Origin: Octopus sinensis
Taxonomy: Eukaryota
Direction: 5' to 3'
Assembly: GCF_006345805.1 (NCBI RefSeq)
Contig: NC_042998.1
Span: 175,398,001 to 175,462,000 of the forward strand
DNA length: 64,000 nucleotides
Shown piece after piece: positions 1 through 12,300 of the stretch (position 1 is its first letter; each line of letters opens with the position of its first letter). The notes below the pieces were generated by a model. It searched no databases, was not told the DNA's origin, and saw only the letters and a list, made by a program, of their open reading frames with translations. The position numbers and the translations under genes are program-made.

Positions 1-21
1 ACTTCCGGTATCTGCCATCTT
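1..21 (+). promoter_or_regulatory. ETS-type (ACTTCCGG) and YY1-type (GCCATCTT) motifs at the likely AP3B transcription start
   Basis: ACTTCCGG at 1-8 and GCCATCTT at 14-21, about 200 nt upstream of the ATG in a relatively CpG-rich zone. This pair is typical of metazoan housekeeping promoters. Motif match only. Confidence 0.5.
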
Positions 22-215
22 CTCGGTTAGGAAAATAATAGGAGAGTCGCTCGAAGCAAAATAGAAGTAGCAGCTTGGATATTTGAGCGTAAAAAAGAAG
101 CATTAGAAGATACGTTTGAGAAATGAGGTGAGACTTCATCTATCGAAGAAAGCTGCACAAGTGAACGTATTCTCTTTACACGGGGTGAAAGTATTTTCTT
201 AAAAGGAGACAGAAT

Positions 216-340
216 ATGGCTGGCAACGGACTACACATGTCATATGGAAATGATAAACCTCCATCCTCGACCGGCAGTGGCGAAGCTGACATAGCTAATG
301 ATCCTGCCAGTAGTGGATTCTTTACGAACGATTTTAAAAA
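216..340 (+). CDS. AP3B: AP3B exon 1 ([16 protein letters not shown]...GFFTNDFKK)
   Basis: ATG at 216 (aatATGg), donor AA|gtaagt, phase 2; the [11 protein letters not shown] motif is typical of the beta3 N-terminus. Confidence 0.9.
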
Positions 341-3300
341 GTAAGTTTTTTTCAAGTATTATATACCATAATTTGATATGATTGTTTTACATTTTACTCG
401 ATTATAAGGTGCCATGTTTTGTCGTGGTGACAAGGGAAAAAATGGGAGGGTCGACCAGAACTGATGTTTCTTATTCTTATGGCTGTAAGCTTAATTAAAT
501 CAGTTGGACCAAGGAAATAAATTTTGTTACGGGAATCGCATGAACGATGTTTGGGTTAGCTTTCAATGTAGTGCTACCCGAAGTAGATATGGAAGTTATG
601 AAGTTATTGTCCCCCTAAAGCCTGTTCTGTATCCTTTTTGCCACCTGATGGCTTTAGAAGTCTGCTAAACTGTAAACAATGATTTTCAATAGTACTTAGT
701 GTTTGTGTGTGTATATATATATAATAATAAATATTAATTTAATATTATATATATATATATATATATAGGATGGGTGTTTCTTTTTTATGTATAGTTATAT
801 ATAAAAAAATTAAAACATTAATTAAAGGATTACAGATTTATTTTCACAGGGAAAAGGTTCTCAGTGACTTTCAAGTTTCGACTTTTCGTCAGTCTAACGA
901 AGGTAACTGAGCTAAAGCCTTCGAAGTCACTGTCAACATTTTTCCGTGTGCATATCCATATTTCCCCCCTCGTAATTTAAAAACATTTTTTAGGGAGAAC
1001 CTTTTTCTTCTTATAATTCACAAGACATAATTCCACAGTATTTTTGTGTCATAAAATTAATTTTAGCTACCAAACCTATTAAACTGACATCTCCAGTTTC
1101 AAATGAACCGAAGAAAAAAAAAAAATAATGTTTAAATGTTCCAAGCTGTAACCGTATGTCTCTCTCCAAATCTAAACTATTGATGTCACTAAATATCATG
1201 AATTGTGACTTCATTGATTTCCTATACAGGAACATGATATCAGATTGGAAAGAAATGGGAATGTGACGCCTATACCTTTTTCAAAGTCATTAAGGATGGA
1301 AGTGAAATGGCTACAGTTGGGAATCGAAACCAAATTGTCCTCAGCTTAAAGGCTTTACATTCCACTAGTTTTCCTAATAGCCATATGTATTGAAATTGGT
1401 TCTTTGGAATGACTATAAAAAAAAAAAGAAAAAAAACTTTGTTGAATTAATATTAATCCGGTTTATTTCTTAAAGTGGGGAAACATATTGTGGCATTATA
1501 ACCAACAGTATTCGTTCAATCAATAGAAATCGATTTGATTGGCAATGCTTTTTCTCGACTAGGGTCGAATTAAATGGGTATCAGCTGTTATCAGTGTATT
1601 AACTGTATATATGTTATTAATTTCCTGGCAATACTTTGCGATCACTTAACACTGCCTCTATTCCTACATCTGCTTGAGTTATTATAAAAGAAATGAAATA
1701 TTTAATTGATGCGTAAACTACAACAACAATAATGCGATTTATGTGTGCATATGTTGTACACATACAGATCTAATTCTCAACATATACATCACATAAACAG
1801 TTATGACTGAATCACTCCTGTCTAAGTAGCTCTTACATCGTCCCATATCTCTTCCTTCTCAACTGTTTTACTCCGCCTTCTTTCTATTTCACGTTTTAAC
1901 TATCCCCTCCATTTGTTTGTAATCTGTAACCCCCCACCCCCCACCGAACAGATTCAGTTTCGATTCTGGGTTGAAACTAGTTATGCCTCCTAACGCCCTT
2001 CAAAGATTGCTCCCATTTCCTTCAAGCGATGAATCTGACACCGTGTTCTTGTATAAAAACTAATACCTAGCACCAGTGGAGTAGTGGTAATTTGCTGACA
2101 GTCCAAGTTTGTTGCCAGATTTTGATTTCTGGTTAATATCCCTTACATAGTTAATATTGGGGTAACCTTGACTGTCACACAAAATCTTGGCCCTTTTTTT
2201 TTTTATGTAAGAAACTATTAACCTCCTTCCCAATAAGTACAGACTGGATAATGTAGCTGTAGATATATATGAAAACAAAAGATGGTCACAGCTTGTATGC
2301 TTTTCATCACTTTCTCTATTAGGACTGGCGAATCCTAATAACGTTACAACTTAGGTTTGTTTATCATTTATTGAATAGATGTACTCTTACCCTGCAGACA
2401 TAATTTGTTCAAATAGGTTCAAATGTTTCTCTTATATTTATAATCCACTGTTCATAAAGGAAATAATAAACTGTGTGATATACTCCTTTTGATGAGGTAG
2501 TGGAGATCTAAATTTCAGCAATGGGAAAGAAAATTGTGTGTAAATGAAATGAAGATTGAACTGGGGATTGAAACTGCACTGTAGAGATGCTGCTTACAAA
2601 ATTGTTTTGGTTGAGATATGAGGCTGGGCTGAAAAGTTAACAGGCCGATTATGAAGGAGTGATGCTAGAGCTGTGAAATCTTGCATGCATTAATTTTAAC
2701 TCTTATGAAAAACTGCATTATTTCTCTCCAGATAAACTGACATTTGACTCTTCAAAGAAAACTTCTAAAGTAACTAGTAGCAACTTCTCTTGAAAATGGA
2801 CAAAATTTGGCATCGTGGTGTTATCAAGTACCTGCAGAAATAGGGTTTAGCCCACAAAGGCATTCATGCTAACATGGTTGCTACATTAGGGGATGATGCA
2901 CCAGATTTATCAACAGTACAAAAGTGGACAACTGAATTTAGGAAATGAAAGGAGAGTCTTGAAGATGACACAAGGTCTGGACTCCTGCAACTACCACTAC
3001 CGAGGAAAACATTGTGTTCACCACATGGTAATGGATGACAGGTGATTGACTATAAATCAAATAGCCAATGCTATTAGCATGTCCTGTGGGAGAGTTGAGA
3101 ATATTCTGCACGACAAACTTGGCATGATGAAGGTTTGTGTTTGGTGGGTGCCATGTCTTCTAACACCTGATCAAAAGCACACCAGGGTTATCACCTCATG
3201 GGAAAATCTGACATTATTTCATCTATATTCAGTTGGTTTCCTTAAACTTTTCCCTAACTCAGGTTGAGTGTTGGCTTCATTACTTTGAGTCAGAGACAAA

Positions 3301-6300
3301 GAGACAGTCCACACCTACTCCAAAGAAGGCCAAGGTTGTTTCATCTGCAGGGAAGGTGATGACCTCAGTTTTTGGGAAGCAAAAAGAATAGTATTTATTG
3401 ACCATCTTCAAAAGGGCCACGCCATCAATTGAGAGTACTGTACCAACTTGCTGAGGTAGTTACGACGGACTATCAGGACCAGATGCTTAGGAAAATTGAC
3501 AAAAAGGGCCTTGTTTTATCAGGACAGTGTACCAGCACACAAGTCCTTAGCTTCAATGGCTGCAGTGTGTGACTGTAGGTTTGAACTGGTTGATCACCCT
3601 TCCTAATCTTCTGATTTTGCCCCATCTAATTATTATCTATTCCCCAATATCAAAAAAAGAATACACCTGATTGTGAACCAGTATTGCAGTGATGATGACA
3701 TCATATCTGCTCTGGATAACTTTTTTGAACAAACGGGATGAAAGCTTCTTCATCAATGGAATCCAAGCACTGCAACACCATTGGAAGAAGTGTGTGGTCT
3801 GCAAGGGGGATTATGTTGAAAAATAAACCTCATTTGGTCACATTCCATGGGAGTATCTTGGTCAGCCTATGAACTTTTCAGCCAACTCTCATATGCTGGA
3901 AATGAGGATTCTGCAAAGTGGGTAGAGATTTGTGATGGATGAAAAGGGTTCACTGCACTATGGGAAGGGGTATGTTGTCTGCTGTGCTATGTGCAATGGC
4001 ATCCTTCATGGTTCAGTTGATGGGCTTGCACAGGCTGCAATGCTGAGTAAATGCCATTCAGTTGACAGTAGATTTTCTTCAAAGTGTTCTAGGTTGTGTT
4101 TTTGCCTGAAGTATTGCAATGCAGTTGTTAGTGGACAATATAAGGAACTTGGGATTGTGAATAATTCATGACTAAAAGGATGGTTTCAGTCATCTAGCTG
4201 GCTATTTCTAATGGGTCTTAGGTGCTGTCAGGGTAGTTAGCATAGAACTAGCAAAGTTCTAAACAGTCAACTGATTTGAAGTATTATAGTGTCTGAGATG
4301 TAGCAAGGTGCTTTATACATGTGTGTTGAGTAGTCTTGATTATAAGTTGGGTGACCTGATAAGTGCAAAGATAGTGATGGTTTGGTAGAGGTTGGGTTTG
4401 GAGGTGAGAAAGAGATCAAGGATGTTTGGAGTTTCTGTGTGTTGACTATAGATGCAAGTAGATGATGAAACTAGTTGATGTAGAGATTTGAAGATTATAA
4501 AAGATCCAGTTTCTGCACAGGTAGCATCAGTATGAGAAAAGTGTGAGAGCCACAAGGAATTGTGAGTATTAATGTCACCAAGAATGACCACTACAGAGAA
4601 TAGTGAAGTAAGACAGATATTTTTGATATAAAAAAATGTATGAGGAGGGTTAATCTTAGTTTTAGGCTACTTGAGAATTGTAGATGGTTTTGGTGTATCA
4701 TGAAGTTACAATAATACCCTTCCAGGAAACTGATCTGAGTAATTGCAGCAGAGTGAAGTCTGCTAAAGGCACACAATAATGTCTTGTAATCAATTTAACC
4801 TACAGTCTCTTTTTCTGTAATCAGTTCGTTTTTTTTTTTTTTTTTTGTTATTGTTAAATCAGTTGAAAAGAGCAGTGTCTGTGACCATTGCAGTTCCCCA
4901 GGAGCTGGTGAGATTGATATGTTCAGTACTCAGTTTGAACATCTGTAAAGTGACGTCTGTAGATAAAGCATATGCAAGGAGGGAAATGTGGAGGTACGTG
5001 GCCTAGTGGTTAGAGCAGCGGACTCGCAGTCGAGGGATCACGGGTTTGAATCTCAGACCAGGCAATGTGTGTGCTTATGAGCGAAACACGTAAGCCCCAT
5101 GCAGCTCTGGCAGAAGGTAATGGCAAACTTCTGCTGACTCTTTCGCCACAACTTTCTCTCACTCTTTCCTCCTGCATCTTGCAGCTCCCCTGCGACGGAC
5201 CAGTGTCCCATCCAGGTGGGGAACCTATACGCCAAGGAAACTGGAAACCGGCCCTTACGAGCCAGGCGTGGCTCAAGAAGGAAAAGGAGGGAAGTCCTGA
5301 GGATTGACATTTAGGAAGCAAAGATTTTGGGATAATGATCAGTGTGAAATGTAGATGGCAAAAAAGTATGTGATGAAATAGATGGACCTGGGTAGAAGTA
5401 GCAGGAAGCTAGGAGAGTTAAGTTTATAATCAAAGGAAATCATTATTTCTTGACTTTATATAATCTTCCAAAGAGGTGAAATTGTCACAAATAATAGTGG
5501 AAGAGCTGGATATTCTAGTGGCAGTTAGTTCTATGTTTTAGAATACACAATTCAGATTTAACCAGGTTTGACTATCCTATCTCTTATTCAACTAAAATTA
5601 ATAAAGCCAATACCAGTATATACTTAGATCAGTTCAATCAACTGAATAAAGTAATTTCTAACACACAATTTGCAATTCATGGTTATAAACCAATAAAGGA
5701 GCCTCAACCTGCTAGCCAACCCTTAACTCACACCTTTAGTGTCTTTTGGTAGCTACGTTTCTGACCCACACCATCTGTGTCATAGATACAACATTACTTT
5801 CATGTTACTACTTCAAAAAAAAAATACCTACAGAACAAAGGCCATACTTATCCACAGAACTTACATCTAAAACCACATTAGACAATATAGTCTTAGAAAT
5901 ATAAGAAAAACAAATGGTCACTTCTTGAATGCATTTGATCATAGGTCTGCTTTGTCAGGGCTGACCTGTGGCAAAACAACATTAACTCATAATAAATATA
6001 TACCAACTTGTGCAGATCAACCTTGTTTTATCACCTTGTCATTTTCTTTATGGAGCCTAATTTTCTAATCTGTAGTATCACTATTTCATTTTGAGAATTA
6101 TCTCTTATATATTTGTATGTGTGTGTATATGCAGCATGCATGCATGTTTATGTACACAGACAGACATGTACACAGCTACTCATTTATGAAAGAAATGCAT
6201 TCTTAATTCAACTCTCTTATTGCAGACATGAAGATCTCAAAGCTATGCTGGATGGCAACAAAGATAACCTGAAGTTGGAGGCAATGAAGCGTATTATAGG

Positions 6301-9300
6301 GGTATGATGAAAAAAGTTTTTTGCCTTTAAACTTATCAGATCTGTAATTTTAGCTGTCATATCTTTCTTTCTATATCATTCATTTAAAAAAAAAACTGAT
6401 TAGGATTGGTTGGCTAAGTAATACAAGTGCTCAGGTGACCAGGCTATTTTGTGTTTAACAGAATACACTACAGTGATTCAAAATTAATTGGCTTTCTGTC
6501 TCTTTGTTCACCATTATATTTAGTTTGAAATGCTTGCTGGGAATATACACAATATATTAGTATTGCCTTTGGTAAAAAAGAACCTTCATATCTCAGCTAG
6601 CCGTAGCTCTTGAAAAATCTGTTACCATCAAATAGTAAATATATATTTTAGTACAATATTTTCAAGACAATAAATTAACTGAATTTAGAATCAAAAGTCA
6701 AAAACTCATTCTACATGATAAATATGAGTTGCAGGGAAAAAAAGAACTGTATATATATTTCTTACTTTCTGTTGCTTTTCTTTCTTTTTTTTCAGTAAAT
6801 TTCACATTTTGATTACTTATTACAATATTACATGTTGTGGCCACATTTTTGTAGGATCTGTTATTATTGCCCTATTGTAACAGAAATTTATTGACATCTT
6901 TCACTACTTTAATGTGTTAATTAGATATATATGTGTGTGTGTTTGTGTTTACCCCCCCATTACCACTTGACAACCAGTGTTGGTGTGTTTACATTCCTGT
7001 AACTTAGTGTTTCAGCAAAAGAGACCAGTAGAATAAGTACCAGGCTTTATAAGTAAGTCCTGGGGTTGATTTGTTTGACTAAAACCCTTCAAGGTGGTGA
7101 TCCAGCTTGGCTGCAGTCTAATGAGTGAAACAAATAAAAGATAAAGTTTAGGAAAATAAAACTAAAAATCAATTAGGAGTGGCTGTGTGGTAAGTAGCTT
7201 GCTTCCCAATCACATAGTTCCAAGTTCAGTCCCACCATGAGGCACCTTGGTCAAGTATCTTCTATATCCTCGGGCTGACCAAAGCCTTGTGAGTGGATTT
7301 GGTAGATGGAAACTGTAAAAAGCCCATCGTGTATATATATGTGTGTGTGTATATGTATGTCTGTATTTGTGTATCTGTTTGTCCCCCTCCCCATCATCTC
7401 CTGACAACTGATGTTGGTATGTTTATGTCCCCGTAACTTAGCGGTTTGGCAAAAGAGACTGATAGAATAAGTACTGGGCTTACAAAGAATAAGTCCTGAG
7501 GTTGATTTGTTCAACTAAAGGTGGTGCTCCAGCATGGTTGCAGTCAAGTAACTGAAACAAGTAAAAGAGTAATATTTAGAAACCTTGGTTACCTATCAGT
7601 ATCAATAAACATGCAGGATTCCACTTCAGAATAAGTATTTCTTACAAAGGAACAAAGCCACAAATTTCTGCAAGAGTGTTGATTAAATTGACTGTATGTT
7701 AGTGATTGTACATATCTTATCATTAGGAGCAAAAGGCAAAGTTGGCTCCAATAAGATTTGAATGCAGAATATAAAGAATCTACTAAATACTGCAGTGTTC
7801 TGTGCTTCCTCCATAATTTACTGATTCTGCTTCAGAATAATGCTTACATATGATCTGCCTGAGATTAATTCAATCATAAAGTGAGAAGGTCATATCAAAC
7901 TCTCAAGACCATGTTAGTGAGGATATTATGGGATAACTAGTTTATTCTTATCATTAAATCTATGTACTTTCTTGTAAAATGAGAAGTCTTTATAGATAAG
8001 AATTGCAGTTATTTATTTTATCTATAGCTGTGTCATTGATTTAATCTTTACTTCATTTGTTTTTTAAAAAGAAAAATTACTTCCCCATACTGGCATTGTT
8101 TGACCTAGTTTATTTATTTAATGTAATGCAATGAAGGCTAAGAGAAGTTTGGAAATAATTATATTTGTGAAATCTTTGATTTGGTCAGTTTAGGCATTTG
8201 ATAATAACTCTCATTTGCATAACTTCTTTATTTTCTGGCATAAAAAGTAGGTTTTTTTCCCACCCTGCAAGACTTATCTATAATTAGAACTGAGGGTTGA
8301 AGTGGAATTAATGCATATCAGATATTAGAGATGTGGTACATTGGAATCCAAAGACCCAGTGGTCAGTTTTGCAATAGTGCTAAGAATAAATAGCAATCTT
8401 TGGTTGTAATTCTGTAGATATGAAAAATACTTCTACATTACATGTGCTATTGTTGTTGCTTTAATATTAGTTTCATTTTCTCTGCTTAAGGTTAATTTTT
8501 GTAGAAGTGAGTTACAGCCAATCAAGTGTAGCTTTTTTTTTTTGCTCTTAAAAGGTTAAACAATGGAATAAGTTAATTTGCCTCTTAGTTGGAGAAAGAA
8601 AACAAAAACCTAGTCATGACTGATGGAAGTTTTATGTTGACCCAGATGATCAGCTGTATTGTCAATACTTAGTATAAAATCAGTATTCTCACACTCTTAC
8701 TTTACCTGCTCATACCATATCTCAGGATATATATTACACTGTTGATTGTTGTATTGAGGTAAATCCATTTTATTTCAGATGGTTGCCAAAGGAAAAGATG
8801 CTTCAGATTTGTTCCCAGCTGTTGTCAAAAATGTGGTGTCAAAAAATCTTGAGGTGAGTTAAAAAGAACATATGTGTTTGTAAATGTGTGTATATAATAA
8901 TTAACATTAAATTGATGAATATTTATTTAAATTACCATTCAATACTTGCTTTATATCGACACCAGGAAATGGTAGACTGTATCACAAATTTTTGTAAAAT
9001 TTTCATGTTTAACATTTTAGAGAAAATTATTTCTCAAGAATTCTGGCAGTTTGCTATTAAAAGAAAAACATGTAATTCTTAAACATACTATTGACAAAAA
9101 TGGAACATGTAAGTGAAATGTGGACTCTGCATGGTGCAGAGTTCACATATCACTACTTGCTAAGGCATACAACTTTGAATAAGCCTCTTAAGTTCTCATG
9201 CATGGGAGAACCTTACTAGTGTTACTGGTACAGTGAAATACTGTTCATTCTGTAAGACAGATACATCAACAAAGTTGGACTGTTTTTTTTTCTGTTCTGT

Positions 9301-12300
9301 GTGCTAGATGATACAGCCCACAACCAGTGACAAATGATGATGAATTTGAAATATTTCATATTTTTCTTTCATCTTTTCTAGAATCTGTAAGCAGTATCCT
9401 TACATATAGTAGAATGTATATACTATACCAAATTCTTTACTTTTGATGTCTTGTATTCGAAAGATACCATACCAGGCATTATATGCTATCTTTTTATTGT
9501 TGTTTAGCTCCTGATCAGCTCTGATTGAGCTGATGTATGATCAAAGGCTTTTAGCCATGACCATCCTTCAAAAAAAAATTTTTTTTATTTCACCCTACAT
9601 TATTCAATATGCCCTTCCTTTTTTTTTTTTTAAAAGAGCAGTGTTATCTGATGGAGATTCAGCTACTATTTCTAGTGGGTCAATTAGCTATGTAGAGTAG
9701 TCATAAGTAAAGTGCAGCCAACAGGACTTTCTGAATGCCAGATCTAATGAAAAATTACCATGGATTTATTTAGTAGTGTGGTTTGCCTGGTGATAAGCCA
9801 TTTCTCATGCAGCCTGCTTCTTGAAAAAGGTTGCCCATGCCTAATGTAGAGGATTCCATATTGGTTTACAATATTTTATTATAAGGAACTCCTTTGGAAT
9901 ATTTTCCCCATGTGTTCTCATTCTAACTTTTAACTTTTCTAGTATCAATATTCTGGTACACCCACCCACCACCATCACTGCAAGTTGGGATTGAAAACCT
10001 TTCGCTTCACATTTTCTTTCAAATTTTAGCAATCTAGAACCTACGTGTTTTTCTAACTAACCACATCTTTTAAGATGAAGATAAAGAAAAGTCAAAAGAT
10101 TTAGCTCAAGTTATTTTAGTTCAACTATTAATTACAGTTCGGTGATTACTTTGGATCAATTGTCAATTATTGTATAATGGCTATACAGTTAAATTGCTCA
10201 ACAATTGACCGTATGTTGTACCCCCAGTCAAAATAATTTAGTCACTGACTTGCATTTCAATGTAAGTCAGCTTACTTCAGCTTACCTAAATGACTAGAGT
10301 TTCCACTTCTACTTTATAGGTGATTAGTTAACAACAGGCTTGCTCAAATTATTTCATTTATGCTTATAAATAAACATATACGAAATAGTAAAATTACATC
10401 TTCTGATGCTTCCAAGACAATTATAACTCTCAATAGTAGTAGGATTTTTGGAAAAGATTATTTGTGAAGAAGGAAAAAAAATTGATGGCAATTAATTTGG
10501 AAATTTATTTTTAGAATAAGAAATAAAACTTAAGAAGGAAATTACAAGGTGATCATCACTAGTGTTGGTGCCATGAAAAATGCACCTAGTACACTGTAAA
10601 ATGGTTGGCATTGGGAAAGGACACTCAGCTGTAGAAACCATGCAAAACTAGACATTGGAGCATGACCCAGTCTTCTGATTTATCAGGTCCTTTTAAACCA
10701 TATAGCCCATGCCAGCATGGAAGCTGGGTGTTAAATGATGATTTAGCTAAGACTGGCTGTGAGGGTTGCCTTTCACCTTCAGAACCAAATTGTGCTTCAG
10801 TCCTGTGCTAGGTCCCATGCTACTAGTCCCATGCCAAGCATAAATCCATCCTCAACTGTTAGTTATGTAATATCAGCCACCATTTATGTGCACACATATG
10901 CACTACACATGCACACACACCTATAATTACTTCAAATGATTTAAACTTTTACAGTTTTGACTGACTTCCAGTCATTCTCCAAGTTCTACTCTTGGTCCAG
11001 TAACTGTAATTTAAAAAGCTTTACGTTGCTTTTCCTCTGAAAAGTATATTGGAGATGATTTCTAAATACATTGTCTACAAAATATAATAAGAATTTGCAA
11101 ATTATTAGTATTATATATAATATTACTTTTATTTGTTTTTCATACAATAACACAAAAGTGCTCAGTATGTTTCTATGTTAGAAATATGTAGTGTCTGTTA
11201 TAATTTGACAGCTATGGCTAGTTGTGAAGTTGATTGTACAAAATCCTTAATTATGTTTAAACTAATCCTATTTATTCACAAACAGTTACACACACACACA
11301 CATTCACACCACCATCATCATGTTACATTTGTTTTTCTATGCTGGCTTGGGTTGGATGGGCTGTCGCAATTTATGTTAATGTGCATATATATAGCAACAG
11401 AGAAAAACCAGTCAACCTTGTGTATGTCTTACAGTACTAAAGAGAGAGAGAGTCCCTTCTATCATGTCATAGTTCATAGCTGAAGTTATTTCTTTTTAGA
11501 TGGATAACATCCAATGGAGCTTGCAGAGTCCATATCTTGCTCTCATGTTCTATTTGTGGATTGGATTTAGCTATCAAGAAGTTCACATTGTCTGAATAAG
11601 TCTGCTGGGTACAAAGGTTGCTTTGTTCTGTAGGTAAATGAGGCTAGAGAGATTTTTTTATAGTGGTATCCTAAAAATGACATTGTATCCATAGCAGGAG
11701 AAGCTTAGTTACCAAGTGGGCTCAACCAAACAATAGAAAATATTTGTGAGTTTGGTGGTGGTGGGGTGGTTGAGAGTATCCCATCAAAAATAAATAGCTT
11801 GTACATTAGAACAAGCTGAAACCTTTGTGTAATTTTCATACAATGAAAAACTTGCAGAAAACATCAGACTGTATTTATAATCATAGCACATGACAGCAAT
11901 TTATACTTTGCTAATTAATTACTAGCTTCATGTACTTATTCTTCTACATCTTCACATCTGGCATGATATGTTTAGGTGAGGAAGCAGTTGTCACATGGTA
12001 TCAGTGACAATTGAGTGACAATGAATTTCTATGGTATGCATGACATTTTTATCTTTTTCATCAGAAGAGTCAAATGAGTAAAAATGAATGAATGAATAAA
12101 TAAATAAATAAATAAATAAATAAAATTTTGTTCTAATGTTACAATAGTTAGCAGTGTGGAAAGACATACTCTTCAAGTTTTGAAGATATATATATATATC
12201 ATGGAGATGCCATGATAGATCATTAGCCACTACACACATTTTTTTCTCTCCCTTGTTTCTCTCCTTTCTGTGTCCCTTTCTGTAGAAGAGCGTAGGCTCG

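Noticed and set aside
862-900. Minus-strand CTGACGA-aaagtc-GAAACTTGAAAGTC looks like a hammerhead core with a good helix III and a GUC site
   Set aside because: No helix II can form between CUGACGA and GAAA, and helix I does not pair (a/a at the first position).
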